A DNA stretch of 63,880 nt, filler included, from Octopus bimaculoides (lineage: Eukaryota): the NCBI RefSeq assembly GCF_001194135.2. It is 8 parts of 6 records of this genome, joined end to end, with 100 filler letters (N's around TTAATTAATTAA, not from the genome) between each part and the next. Parts side by side here need not be neighbours in the genome. Positions count along the whole stretch, not along the records: positions 36,901 to 39,753 come from NC_069007.1; positions 39,854 to 47,751 come from NC_068986.1; positions 47,852 to 58,565 come from NC_068989.1; 5 more parts are not named here. One strand, written 5' to 3'. A program made the translations under genes and the position numbers. Below the pieces are notes generated by a model that ran no database searches, was not told the DNA's origin, and saw only the letters and a program-made list of their open reading frames with translations. Shown here piece after piece: positions 38,510 to 51,530 of this stretch; the first letter of the stretch is position 1, and each line of letters starts with the position of its first letter.

Positions 38510-38770
38510 ACACTTAGAGGCTTGTCCTTTACAGGTGCCGGTACCACATAAAATGCACTCATGTCAGCACAGCATGAAGGCAGTCATGCTGGTGGCATGT
38601 AAGAAGCACACAGCACACTGTTAAGTGGTTGGCATTAGGAAGGGCATCCAGTCGTAGATACCAAGCAACAACAGACAAAGTCTGGACAGAACCCTGCTAA
38701 GCCAGCTCCTGTCAAACCATCCAATCCATGCCAGCATAGAAAGTGTACATTAAGTGATGATTATGAATGA
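38510..38770 (+). mobile_element. SINE or LINE 3' tail (RTE-tail-like)
   Basis: gttggcattaggaagggcatccagtcgtag...ccatccaatccatgccagca + (gat)n; family assignment from recall. Confidence 0.55.
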
Positions 38771-38774
38771 TGAT

Positions 38775-39170
38775 GTGGAGGTGCAATGGCCCAGTGTTTA
38801 GGGCAGCAGACTCACGGTCATAGGATCGCGGTTTCTATCCCCAGACCTGACGTTGTGAGTGTTTATTGAGTGAAAACACCTAAAACCCCACGAGACTGCG
38901 GCAGAGGATGGTGGCGAACCCTGCTGTACTCTTCCACCACGACTTTCTCTCACTCTTACTTCCTGTTTCTGTTGTGCCTGTAATTCAAAGGGTCCAGCCT
39001 TGTCACACTGTGTCACGCTGAATATCCCCGAGAACTACGTTAAGGGTACACGTGTCTGTGGAGTGCTCAGCCACTTGCACGTTAATTTCATGAGCAGGCT
39101 GTTCCGTTGATAGGATCAACTGGAACCCTCGTCGTCGTAAGCGATGGAGTGCCAGCAACAATGAATGATG
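38775..39170 (+). mobile_element. tRNA-derived SINE, family D
   Basis: tggcccagtgtttagggcagcagactcacggtcataggatcgcggtttctatcc tRNA-like head; (gat)n tail. Confidence 0.7.
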
Positions 39171-39189
39171 ATGATATATGTTTATGAAT

Positions 39190-39480
39190 GTCTCCGTCTG
39201 TGTTTGTCTCCCCTACAACCACTTGACAACCGATGTTGGTGTGTTTACATCCCCTTAAGTTAGCAATTTGGTGAAGGAGCTGGATAGAATAAGTACCAGG
39301 CTTAAAAAAATGAAAATTAAGTTCTGGGATCGATTCATTTGATGACTGATTCTTGAAGGTAGTGCCCCGGCATGGCCACAGTCTAATGAGCGAAGCAAGT
39401 AAACAATAAAAGCCAAGCCATATAAGGCGGTGCTTCAGCATGGCCACAATCAAATGACTGAAACAAGTAAAAGAGTGAAA
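39190..39480 (+). mobile_element. SINE family B, 3' half with doubled tail
   Basis: tgtgtttgtctcccc...gatagaataagtacc...; catggccaca tail present twice. Confidence 0.75.
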
Positions 39481-39853
39481 TAGTAAACATCAGAAGAAAC
39501 CTCATTTAAACATTTTCTTTCTCTATCACCCTCCTTCCTATCTCCATCTTTCGCTCATTCTGCATCTCTCTCTCTCTATATATATATATATGTATATAAT
39601 ATGGTTTATATATATATATATATATACATACATATACATATACATATATATACATATATCCATATATATATACATATATATATATATATACATATATGTA
39701 TATATATATATACATATATGTATATATATATACATACATACATATATATACATNNNNNNNNNNNNNNNNNNNNNNNNNNNNNNNNNNNNNNNNNNNNTTA
39801 ATTAATTAANNNNNNNNNNNNNNNNNNNNNNNNNNNNNNNNNNNNNNNNNNNN

Positions 39854-39916
<63 letters not shown>

Positions 39917-39919
39917 ACT

Positions 39920-40140
39920 CACGAAGGGGTGGTGGTGCTGATAGGTTCGTGGCTTTAAGGGTATCACGAAGGCCTGTCTGGAGGCTCAACCTTCCAAGTT
40001 CTTTCATAGGGCTTAGAAAATCTGAAGGACTGCTGCAATGAGTGCGTGACTCTGAGAGGGGAATATGCTGCATAAAATCATAAATAACTAATCCTCCTGT
40101 ATTTTCTTTCACCCAAAGCTAGGAACTTTTCAACAACCCC

Positions 40141-40143
<3 letters not shown>
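39920..40143 (+). mobile_element. Mariner-derived MITE
   Basis: Imperfect TIRs (acgaagggg..gctgataggttcgtggcttt / aaagctaggaacttttcaacaacccccgta); retains the transposase end CNECVTLRGEYAA*. Confidence 0.7.
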
Positions 40144-40181
<38 letters not shown>

Positions 40182-40439
40182 AGTAAGAAAACTGAAACGC
40201 GAACCTCAGAGTACCTACGAGTAAACGCTATATAGAGTGAACGCTTTTACATACATTAAGTAATTTTGTATACACATATACATAAATATATAATGTAAAC
40301 CATTTAATATATTATTACAAAAGAATGTTACAGGCGGTGCTCCAGCATGGCCACAGCCTTTGGGCTGAAACGTATAAAAGAACAAAAAATATTAGCATTT
40401 ATATACACATATATATTTGTATATGGTGCATACATACAT

Positions 40440-40556
40440 ATGGTGTTTGCTCTATCTTCACAGCTGAGAGGTCATGGATGGAATGTCAGAAATGCCATTG
40501 AGAACGAGGAAGCTCAGAAAGACCGCAATCAGCTGTGAAGATAGAGCAAACACCAT
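40440..40556. repeat. Perfect 28-bp inverted repeat with 61-nt loop
   Basis: atggtgtttgctctatcttcacagctga / tcagctgtgaagatagagcaaacaccat. Confidence 0.9.
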
Positions 40557-41540
40557 TCAGTCCAACTGCAGATCTGTATGGGTTGAAGCATAGATGACAG
40601 GTATTGTAACTTCCAATGGATTGATCGGATCACTTTGTGATATATGATCTCTGTGAGCCGTCTCTTCAGACCCGAAATCCCCTTGCAAGCTCTTTCACAC
40701 ATTACACGCGTTGAATCACCCGGTCTGGGAAGAAGGACGTTGCATACAGTTATCTTTCAGATGAGTGACATACTCAGCCTTAGAAAGGCTGGGTACATGT
40801 TTCACCCATCCCCAACACTTTATATTTTCATTGAGGTGCTGGTGATAGCTCCTCCGAAGCCAAATATTTAGACTTCGTGCTCAAGGCGATTCTTGTGCCC
40901 AAGGCGATTCTTGTGCCCAAGGCGACTCTTTTATTACACGCTTCCCTCATTCCACTCTTTCCAAAGCTAGTTCTTCCCAGTTCTTTACGCTGATCTGCAG
41001 TTTCTTCAGGTTGTCCTTTATGTAGGTTTTGTACCGTTATTTTATTATTTTTTTTGAGGTTTGTGCTGAGGACGGTTTCCTGTGCACAGCTCACTGGAGA
41101 ACAGCTACTTTGGAATCCTATTATCATCCATACACATAACATGGCCTGCCCAGGACATCTGAGTTGGTATGATGAGTGACTGTATGACTGTGCATCCTGC
41201 TTTTCCAAGGACATCCTGCTTTTCCAAGGACATCCTGTGTCAGGTGCTTTCTTTTGCTATTCGATGTTCTTTTTCTTTGCTGTTTGATGTTGAGTGTATC
41301 TCAGACATTTTTGATGAACGCACCCATGCAGCTTGAGATGCCCCTGTTTCAGGAAAGTATAATAGAGCCGTTAGTATGCACGACTTGTTAACGCCCAGCT
41401 TGGTCTTGTTGATGATGCTGTAATTTTCTCAAACTTTCTTTTTAAGTTTCTCAAATGCTACAAATGTCTTCTGAATGCTTAGTGTATTTCCGCATTTAAG
41501 GGGCCATTTTTGACAACATGCTGCTCAGATAAAAACAAAA
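40557..41540 (-). mobile_element. RTE-clade LINE 3' fragment
   Basis: CILTALLYFPET, YQLRCPGQAMLC-like QLRW.GHV region, C-terminal CNVCERACKGISGLKR; internal 18- and 19-bp tandem duplications. Confidence 0.7.
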
Positions 41541-42779
41541 ATGTCAACTACACTGTTGTGTCGACGCCCCCAGGCGAAGAAGTAGGATCTCCCAAGACAT
41601 ATAAATAGAGGTAGTCTGGCTGTGGTAGGAGTGTTGGGTAGCAGTCGAGTAGCTGTTGAGTAGCAGTCGAGTAGCAGTTGTGTAGCGGTTGAATAGAGAT
41701 CATCCGAAGGTGCTAGATAGCAGTAGCTTGAGACATAACATACACCCAGTCTTATACCATATACTACGATATTTAAATTGACATACGGTTCGCCTGGTGC
41801 AGGTGTGAACAATCCATTTATCCATCCATTCATCCATCCATCCCTCCATCCCTCCATCCCTCCATCCATCCGTCTGTATGTATTTATATATATGTATGTA
41901 TATATATANNNNNNNNNNNNNNNNNNNNNNNNNNNNNNNNNNNNNNNNNNNNNNNNNNNNNNNNNNNNNNNNNNNNNNNNNNNNNNNNNNNNNNNNNNNN
42001 NNNNNNNNNNNNNNNNNNNNNNNNNNNNNNNNNNNNNNNNNNNNNNNNNNNNNNNNNNNNNNNNNNNNNNNNNNNNNNNNNNNNNNNNNNNNNNNNNNNN
42101 NNNNNNNNNNNNNNNNNNNNNNNNNNNNNNNNNNNNNNNNNNNNNNNNNNNNNNNNNNNNNNNNNNNNNNNNNNNNNNNACAGGAAACAGTTAATAAGAA
42201 GAATATTTAAATGACGAAAACAAAAAGGAAGCATTTCATTGGATGCATGTGTAAAGTTGCAAATGAAAAAAGTTTATTGGATGCACGTGCAAGACAACAC
42301 CAAATTAAATAAATAAATATAAATGAAATATATAAGTAACGGTATAATGCTGACATACTAATTGCAGATATTTTAGGCCATTCACAAAACATCATTCACA
42401 TTTCAAAGAGTAAAAAAAAAAAAAAAGAAAATAGAACGTTATATTTAGAAAGAAAGTAATTAGATTGTAAAGCCAGAAAGTGAGTAATAATAGACTACGT
42501 ACGTACATACGCACGTACGTATGTTCCGGTAACATACACACACACACAAACATACACTCGTATATTCCATCAGCTGTCATATAGGAGATACCCGGATATT
42601 TTATTGAAGTAACAATACCATTTAATGTGACGATCAAATTAAAACGTCGACCTTCTGAGCAGAACCTTTATTTTCTACATAAAATTCTGTTTGTATAGAA
42701 GATGTATACACCTATATTAAATTTATAAATGCATTTTTAATACATACATGCAAAAAAAAAGAAGAAAAGAAAAGAAATC

Positions 42780-43323
42780 AACCAACTGACTCGCACATTA
42801 CAAATACAGTCTCTAAGCGGAACAATGAAACTATACAAGTCTTTCATCAGGTTTAAATTGTGACATTGTTTTCGTTATCTACGTTCCAACGATGGAGTGT
42901 TTTATCATTGTTAGACACCAACTCCTTCTTCAAAGGGAAGTTGCTTCGCAATTCCGGTGTCACTCATACATGAAAGATGACCTGACGTCTAAGCTGTATT
43001 TGGATAAGGATGACTTCAATATCTGATATGTTGCATTTTGTTTTCAACTTATTGTTATGAATATGGTCACTGGATTTTATGCTGGACACAGTATGCAAAC
43101 ATCGCATATGAAAAGTGTCAAGCTGGTTGATATGCTTTCGGTACAGGATCCAAGATTCAACACTATAAAGCAATGATGTCAAAGCCACATCGACTTTCAC
43201 CTTTAACGATACATCATAGTTGTTGCAGAGCCTATGGTAAAACTTACCGAAAGTGGAACTAGCCTTCCTGATTCCGGACTGAATTCCTTCATCCATCTTA
43301 GCATCATTGGACGCATTTGAACC
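42780..43323 (-). mobile_element. RTE (BovB-like) RT C-terminal fragment
   Basis: GSNASNDAKMDEGIQSGIRKASSTFGKFYHRL...SLLYSVESWILYRKHINQLDTFHMRCL...IQLRRQVIFH. Confidence 0.88.
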
Positions 43324-43530
43324 ATTGTGTCATTGTGGTCCTGTGGAACGGAGCAAAGCAGGCCGTTCACTCAAGAAAACACAGTAAATGATACACAAGC
43401 ACTCGAGCAAACTGATTCCTCAACTTGTTCCATTTGCCAAAATGTTTGCAAGACACCAGCAGACCTCAAGAGACACATGTGTCTCCCTAGAACATGACTA
43501 CTGCTTTACTTCACTCATTTATCGTTCAAG
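43324..43530 (+). mobile_element. Probable RTE 3' terminus
   Basis: TCSICQNVCKTPADLKRHMC zinc-finger-like end, short UTR, TA repeat. Confidence 0.5.
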
Positions 43531-43544
43531 ACGTGAGAATCCAT

Positions 43545-43587
<43 letters not shown>

Positions 43588-44471
43588 NNNNNNNNNNNNN
43601 NNNNNNNNNNNNNNNNNNNNNNNNNNNNNNNNNNNNNNNNNNNNNNNNNNNNNNNNNNNNNNNNNNNNNNNNNNNNNNNNNNNNNNNNNNNNNNNNNNNN
43701 NNNNNNNNNNNACGCAGCATCTATGTGGTCACCCTAAATGTTAGAAATAACAACCAAATCATCAAGTCACCCACCCTGTCGTCTTAAAAATATATACATT
43801 TAATACAATAGTTCTAGATACTTTGTCCGAAAGAAAAAAAATGAAAGCAAGATGATCATATTGGAAATTTTGAAGATCATAGATCTGTTGAATTAAGGGC
43901 GAACGTTGAATAAAATTACATCAGCAGCAATTTATCTTTTGCCTTATTTTTAAAGATCATTTTCATTATTCCATGTTTATGTCCCACCAACCCCCAAACT
44001 CGCGTGTCTTCTTTGCGAAGCTCGGATGTTTTTTTTTGTTTATATTTCCCATCTACAATTCACAGTATAGACCTTTGTGGTCATTAGAAACAGATTCTAC
44101 ACTTTAATCAGTTCAAAATCAGTACTGTATTGAAGCGCTTTTTGAGTTTATGCGAAGACTGTTGATTGAAGGTTTTTGCATATTTACATCACTTCTTCCT
44201 CTCCCATTATCTAAATTTTATCTTTCTTCCGCGTCGGTTTGATAAACCAATAAGATAGCTCTCGTATTATTCATGCTGGCTATAAATTTTAAAACATCTC
44301 GCTCTATTATCTTGTTCATTCATCTGCTTGCTGTTGAGAAAAATTTGATGTTTGTTTATATGTTCAGACTTGGCTTACATTTGAAATTTCATATGATGTA
44401 ACATTTACATTAAAAGTGCTTCACATTTATTCGCTACAATTCAAAATACTTACAGTAAAGACTCTAGCTTC

Positions 44472-44534
<63 letters not shown>

Positions 44535-44537
<3 letters not shown>

Positions 44538-45400
44538 TAGTCTTAATTTTTATCACACGCTTTCACTACACTACGCAGCGCAGCTCTGTGTGCCTTGGGA
44601 ATGTGCTGTGGTTTGAATTGGTGCTAGTATTTTTTCTGTCTTGAAAGTTCATAACGTAGGATGTGTACGATGCCTAGCAGTGCTATTTCCTACATGTTAT
44701 ATATATTCGAAAGTTCTTGTGTTTTAGTTATGTATTCATCTGTATGTTTTTGTTTTCAGTTTTCACATTCGAGCTATCTGTATTTCCAGATCTTTGTATT
44801 TCAAGAGTTTCTCCGTTTCTTTAAGAGATACATTGTCATTTGTTAAGACTGATATGTAGATTAGAAGGCATTGTTTTCTTGGTGATCCCTGACAACAATA
44901 TATTGTATATTAACCTTGATTTCTCAATTTGTGTTTATTGGCATATCCCAGAGTATGGTTTCTTTGTCCTTTTCTGAGTCCTTTTCTGGGATATGCCTAT
45001 ACGATCTATTTTCTGTTGTTATTCCATAGTGTTGGCATAGCTTAAATCTGTCATGTCTGTGGGTATACTCTTTCTTAGCCAGGACTGGGCAGCTAGAAAC
45101 AATATGGTTTATTATTTCTTCCTCATCACCACATATTCTGCAATCACTTCTAGTATGTGTTTCAGATGATTTCTGGCGAGGAGGCTTTGATCTTGTGCCG
45201 CAATTAGAACCCTTTCGGTTTCTGCTTCGAGTCCCGAGCTTCTCAATCAGTGTTGAGATTTTACTTTGTCTATTACTTTTCTCTTTAACTTATCCCAGTA
45301 TTTGCTATGTAAGAGCTTTTCTTGGTATATTGTTCCAGTTTTAGCTTAGACTTTAATTGTTCTACAACTTTTTTGTTTCTTCTGTTTCTTCATAGTTACC
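44535..45400 (-). mobile_element. R4-like CCHC + RLE 3' fragment
   Basis: SGLEAETERVLIAAQDQSL, EEIINHIVSSCPVLAKKEYTHRHD, ETILWDMPINT. Confidence 0.85.
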
Positions 45401-45404
45401 AGGT

Positions 45405-45466
<62 letters not shown>

Positions 45467-45489
45467 TATTATTATCATTATTGTTATTA

Positions 45490-46122
45490 TTGTTTTACTT
45501 TTCAGAGTGCTCGACCTTATTTGCTCTGGTAGATTCTGTGAGAGCGGACAACATCCTGCTGTCAGAAGTCTCACAGAGTCTCTTTCAGGATATTATAAGC
45601 TTTGATACTTGGTTGTTAATTATCGTGACAGACATTTCACATCCAAGTACCAATCTCAAAATCCTAGCTGTCTCCAGCAGCGCAGTTTTTTGGGCTTGCT
45701 CTGCTCTCATGTCAATTCCGATTTCTTTGACATATTTCTGGAACTTGGTTATTAGCGCTCCGAGTGCCCCTGTAACTACTGGAATGACAGACACTCTCCG
45801 CATAGTCCACGTTCTTGCGATTTCGGTTTTTACTAGTCTGCATTTTTCAATCTTTTCTAGTTCTTTGTCATTTATGCGTGCATCATCAGGTATTGCAATA
45901 TCTATAATTTTGGTTTTCTTTTCCCCCTTGTCTACCACAACAACATCTGGTCTCCGAGCCTCGATTAGGGAGTCACATTGGATTGTAATATCCTACAGTA
46001 TCTTATATTCCATGTTTCAATGACTCCTTCTGGCTCATGTTCGTATCAGTTCTGTGCTCTGTTCAGGCCGTACTTTTCACATAGCCTCCAGTGTATGAAC
46101 TTAGCCACGTTATCGTGCCTCC

Positions 46123-46125
<3 letters not shown>
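45490..46125 (-). mobile_element. R4-like RLE 3' fragment
   Basis: RHDNVAKFIHWRLCEKYG, ARRPDVVVVDK..TKIIDIAIPDD...IPVVTGALG...KTALLETARILR. Confidence 0.9.
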
Positions 46126-46205
<80 letters not shown>

Positions 46206-46618
46206 TTAGTGAAAGAACAGTCATGCTATCGAAGTGATACTAGGGTAAAATATACGAAGCCCGTTATATCCATCATGACGACCCGTCTGATAAGGGTACA
46301 CCAGGCACATGCATCACAACCATACGTGCGCGACATGGTGATCTCATATCAAGATAAACAGCACACGACATTGCAGGTGGGGTCCAATTAGAATTTTCTT
46401 CAGGTCGAGTAGCTCATCCCGCTCAAAAGGTCCCCGAATAAAGGTTGTTTAAGGATGTTGAACGAAACACCCATGTTTCCAAAGGTGAATTATCCAAACC
46501 CCAAAGAATTCTTCTCATTGCTATGATACTCTTCCACTACTTCTGCTCGTGATCAGAGATGCACCTATCGTCAACCACCAAGGGACACGCTCAACTAGTT
46601 AAGCTCAAAACAATTGAC

Positions 46619-46686
<68 letters not shown>

Positions 46687-46696
46687 NNNNNNNNNN

Positions 46697-47062
46697 TAGG
46701 TTTGGTCTTATTCCTGGTAAGATTTATTTACTACCTGTAACCTTAGGTATCCACGAGTTTTCAGCAGTCTTTCAAGTGCATAGAACCCACCTGAAAATCT
46801 TTGCTGTCCCTAAGAGACAAACTTTCTGTAGGAGCTCTACAAGGCATCCTATTTCAACCTTCTGCAGCCATTTGTCTATATCCTTGCTTACTGTTCCTAA
46901 CGCACCAATTATTATAGGCACGACTGTTTTGTTTGCATGCTCCAAATTCTTCCTATTTCAAATTTTAAGAGATTGTATTTTCATTGTTTTTCTTCCTGAC
47001 ATGATGGGTCGATAAGTAAGCAGCTTCGCTTTTCCTTATCTATAATCCTTATATCTGGTCTA

Positions 47063-47065
<3 letters not shown>
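46697..47065 (-). mobile_element. R4-like RLE 3' fragment flanked on both sides by (TAT)n
   Basis: TVVPIIIGALGTVSKDIDKWLQKVEIGCLVELLQKVCLLGTAKIFRWVL. Confidence 0.85.
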
Positions 47066-47135
<70 letters not shown>

Positions 47136-48807
47136 TGGTGGCGTATTATCGTTGAAGATCTTATTATCGCTAATATGGAACTTTAAACATCCATTTGAAT
47201 TTAACGATATATAACATTAGCACTAATTCATAATCCCTGTTTAATTGATTAAACCCAGCATATCACTAGTATTTATTTAATCGACATCTTTGCACTCGAC
47301 TGAACGAAAGACAAAGTCGATTCTAGCGGTCAAATCTGGCAAATCTCTCTCCAACCACACCCAATTGTCTTAAACGAAGACAACACACATTGGACAATGA
47401 AGTCTCTGATATACAAAATGACTTTTAATCAGCGTTTTGCTTAACGAAGGACAACGAGGTGGGGGGCTAAACGGCAGTAGCAAGCACAACCGAACGGCAT
47501 TGCTCATTACCTCAATCAACAGAAGTAATATATAACCAGTAAATATTTCAGCAGCTTGCAGTCCATTTCTTCTGAATATAAACCCGCTTTAGGATTAGAT
47601 ATATGTTGGGAAATGATGGACTTTTCTAAACTGATTTGTCCTAGATATAAAATGTGAAAAGCCATTCTCAACCACCACCACCACCACCACCACTACAGGC
47701 AGCAGCAGCAGCAGCAGCAGCAGCACCACCACCACCACCAGCACCACCACCNNNNNNNNNNNNNNNNNNNNNNNNNNNNNNNNNNNNNNNNNNNNTTAAT
47801 TAATTAANNNNNNNNNNNNNNNNNNNNNNNNNNNNNNNNNNNNNNNNNNNNATCTATGTATGTATGTGTGTGCATCATCGAATGTTTGTTTATGTGTATG
47901 AATGTATGCGTATATGTGTGTACGTATGTAACTTTGAATGTACGTATATGTTCGATAAACATTTGGACTGCACTGCAATTAATTGAATAATTACTGCGAT
48001 CTTGTATACCATAATTCTAAGAATAGTATCATCACAAACACAAACATACACTCAAAGATACACATTTGTACATATACAAGCACACGTACAAATACACGTT
48101 GAAGTGTCTATATGTTTGTAAGGGGCGGTGGATTTAAGATGTTGGTACGTATTCAATCCAAATTTAATTTATCATTTCGTGATAGGGAAACCATAACGAA
48201 TGAACAAATATACTTCATACATTTACTACACATATTTGATCACCAAATACACAACCCTATAGAAATTCTATAAAAATTAAGTCGATTAATTTTGAGGATT
48301 TATTCTCTTTCATGTTGCGTTTTGTATGCATGAACAAATCACTTATATACAGGCAAACATAGATCCACATCTCTCAATCTTTCGCTATATGAATGCATAC
48401 GTACATACATATTAAACATATATGTGCGCATACTTACTTACATACTTACATACTTATATTAATTCGTACAGGTATACATACATATATATACGCACACATA
48501 CACACACACACATTCACATACACGTTCACACACACACACACACCCATACATATATTTATGTATATGTGTGTGTTCATGCATGTGCGTTTGTGTCATGACT
48601 CTATCTGTGCCTATGTACGTACCCATCTCTCGAAAGAACAAATATATGAAAAACCTACTTACCAATACATGCGTCTATTCACCTAAGTATATATCTCTGT
48701 CTATCTATATATGTAATTTTATATGCATATATGTATGTATATATACGTACACACACACACTCATACACACATACACACACACATATATTTTTATGTATAT
48801 ACATATA

Positions 48808-48838
<31 letters not shown>

Positions 48839-49055
48839 TATAGATATATATCCACATACATATATATATATATATAAATATGTATATATATGTATATATN
48901 NNNNNNNNNNNNNNNNNNNNNNNNNNNNNNNNNNNNNNNNNNNNNNNNNNNNNNNNNNNNNNNNNNNNNNNNNNNNNNNNNNNNNNNNNNNNNNNNNNNN
49001 NNNNNNNNNNNNNNNNNNNNNNNNNNNNNNNNNNNNNNNNNNNNNNNNNNNNNNN

Positions 49056-49089
<34 letters not shown>

Positions 49090-49654
49090 CACACACACAC
49101 ACATGTGCATATTTATACATATCTAGTTAAGCAAACATATTTCTTCAATGCTTAAATGATTTTTAATAAGTACACACAAGATCCTTTCAACCCGAGATGC
49201 GAATGCTTTCACGTTATGACGTTTCTAAGCTCATGTGTTGAGCTCTTTCACATTTTCCTTTGAAAATCCGAACACATTGACAACCAACGACTGCCTGGAA
49301 GCTGTTGAATGAAAAATACATTACAAATTTCGTTGAAATTTACGAAGTCATATCTGAGTTACTGCATAGCATTATAGATTTTGGCGATGCATGCATGACG
49401 TTATGTCTCTGACGGTGAGCTGCTTTAACCTATGAAGTAAAAGTAATCAAAATTCTATCAGTGCCTAACAGCTTATATTTATGTTTTAGAAATATATTAG
49501 AAATGGAAACAGATGTACGATATTATATCACACTCACATATCAGCGTGTGAGTTTGTGTGAGTTATATTTCTTTTTAATTTGACATGTATCTGTTAATGT
49601 GTATCTATATATGGCAGTAAATATTAAAGTACAAAATGTGGGACACAATGTTTC

Positions 49655-49737
49655 TTTAAAATTCCCTAATCCTTCTTTAAAATTCCCTAATCCTTCTTTA
49701 AAACTCCCTAATCCTTCTTAAAATTCCTTTAAAATTC
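49655..49737 (+). repeat. 21-bp minisatellite (ttctttaaaattccctaatcc), about 3.5 copies
   Basis: Directly visible. Confidence 0.9.
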
Positions 49738-50240
49738 AACTGCGTGAAAAATTCCAGTTTAAATTTAGGATGGCATGATTGGGCCAATAATCTTATTTTT
49801 ATCCATAAATTACACAAGAAAATATTTCCCTGTAAAGCTACCAAAAATGCTGCTTCGATTTAGATCAGAATAAGGGGTTCATGATAGTTTTGAAATAATA
49901 CTGAATATTAATAAAGTGATACATGTTAAAACAAATTACATTTTTGTAGGTTAGATATGATTATTATTTTAGGAGATAAAAACGATTAACTTATGCACAC
50001 GGCAGTATCTCCTTCATCATCAGACGCCTGTAAAAAACGATGTCCAATAATACAATGCTGTATATGCGCTCATGTTGCTTATCAATAGAACACATAATTT
50101 TATCTAAGGACAATTTCCCAAACAGATTAGTATCTCCAGGCTAAAGAATTAATTGTAAATTATTTTGCTATGCATCAGTTAATTGCTTTCTATTTCATTA
50201 TATATACGTACACCTCCATGCACACACACATAGATAGATT

Positions 50241-50288
<48 letters not shown>

Positions 50289-50326
50289 CATACATACATA
50301 CATACATACATACATACATACATACA

Positions 50327-50757
50327 CAGGCTGCGATGGGTAAATTATAGTTTCGCGCTGGCACGTTGTTTTCGTTTTTGTTGACTGCACTGTATAGAAA
50401 AGTCAGTTGGGCATCAACTGTGAGAAAAACAACACCGTGACGCAATTCACTCTGCCAGAAATTTCGAAACGACTTGCTGTACTGCTTGGCATTCGCGCCG
50501 GAAGCTCCAATGCAAACAGATGGTGAACATGCAGAACAACCGTTGGCTTGCCGTGTCTCCAAAATATGCACCGCGAATGATAAAAATCAAATAATCGGTC
50601 AACAACATGGTGTTAGGACTGATCACTAGTGATGGCAACGATATGTCTCCATTCACCTTTCCACACGGTCTTAGACTCAACACGAAGGCCTACATCAAAT
50701 GCCTGGAGGAGGTAATGCCTTCTCGGTTCAAGAGGGCGGCTCAAGGAGGACCCTATA
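50327..50757 (+). mobile_element. Second DD37D/maT-like deletion derivative
   Basis: Colinear with 20193-20879 but lacks about 320 bp; FTLPEISKRLAVLLGI, QMVNMQNNRWLAVSP, GLRLNTKAYIKCLEEV. Confidence 0.8.
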
Positions 50758-51318
50758 AACATGAAACTCTCTGAAATGAAGTAAATAATGCGTCTATCAT
50801 TTTCAAGATTATCGAAGAATGTGTTGAATTTCGTTTATATTAAGAAATAGTTTGTTTAATTTTCAGTCTACTGCAGTTGTTATCTCTAATAAGCGTTTGG
50901 CTTATCCACAATAAGATTTCGTCGAGCGTTAGCATATATACAAAATATATATGTGAATGTATGTATGCGTATATATATGTGTACATATATGTGCGTATGC
51001 ATGTAGGTATATATGCATAGGTAGGTGTGTGTTTGTAATTATGGATCTATTTGTGTGTACTGGGTAACCATTTTGAGAGTCGCATGAGCTCTAAACGCTA
51101 TTTCTAATAACACTCTGCATTCCTACTTCAAATGCTGTCCAATTCAGCTTTACTTTTCTATCTTTCGCGCTCAATAAAGAGGTGACCCAGCCAAAGCGAC
51201 TGATTGGGGAAACTATTATGACGCTGTGCAAGGTTACGTAGGGTATCTGACGCTGTTTTTGGTTTCTGACAATAAAGTCTAGATTGACAACCCAGCCAAT
51301 CGATATCAACGAAAGTCA

Positions 51319-51530
51319 AGGCGGCGAGGTGACAGAAACGTTGGCACGCCGGGCAAAATGCTTAGCGGTATTTCGTCTGACTTTACGTTCTGAGTTCAAA
51401 TTCCGCCAAAGTCGACTTTGCCTTTCATGCTTTCAGGGTTGAGAAATTAGGTACCAGTTCCGTACTAGAGTATATCGAATCGACTGGCCCCCTCCCCGGG
51501 AATTTCGGGCCTTGTGCCAAGAGTAGAAAA
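51319..51530 (+). mobile_element. SINE family A
   Basis: Full head, B-box gagttcaaattcc, body and tail. Confidence 0.88.

Noticed and set aside
46205-46615. 410-bp complex block embedded in (TAT)n, sharing taagggtacac with SINE D
   Set aside because: Probably a retroposed repeat, but single-copy here and unclassifiable from this window.
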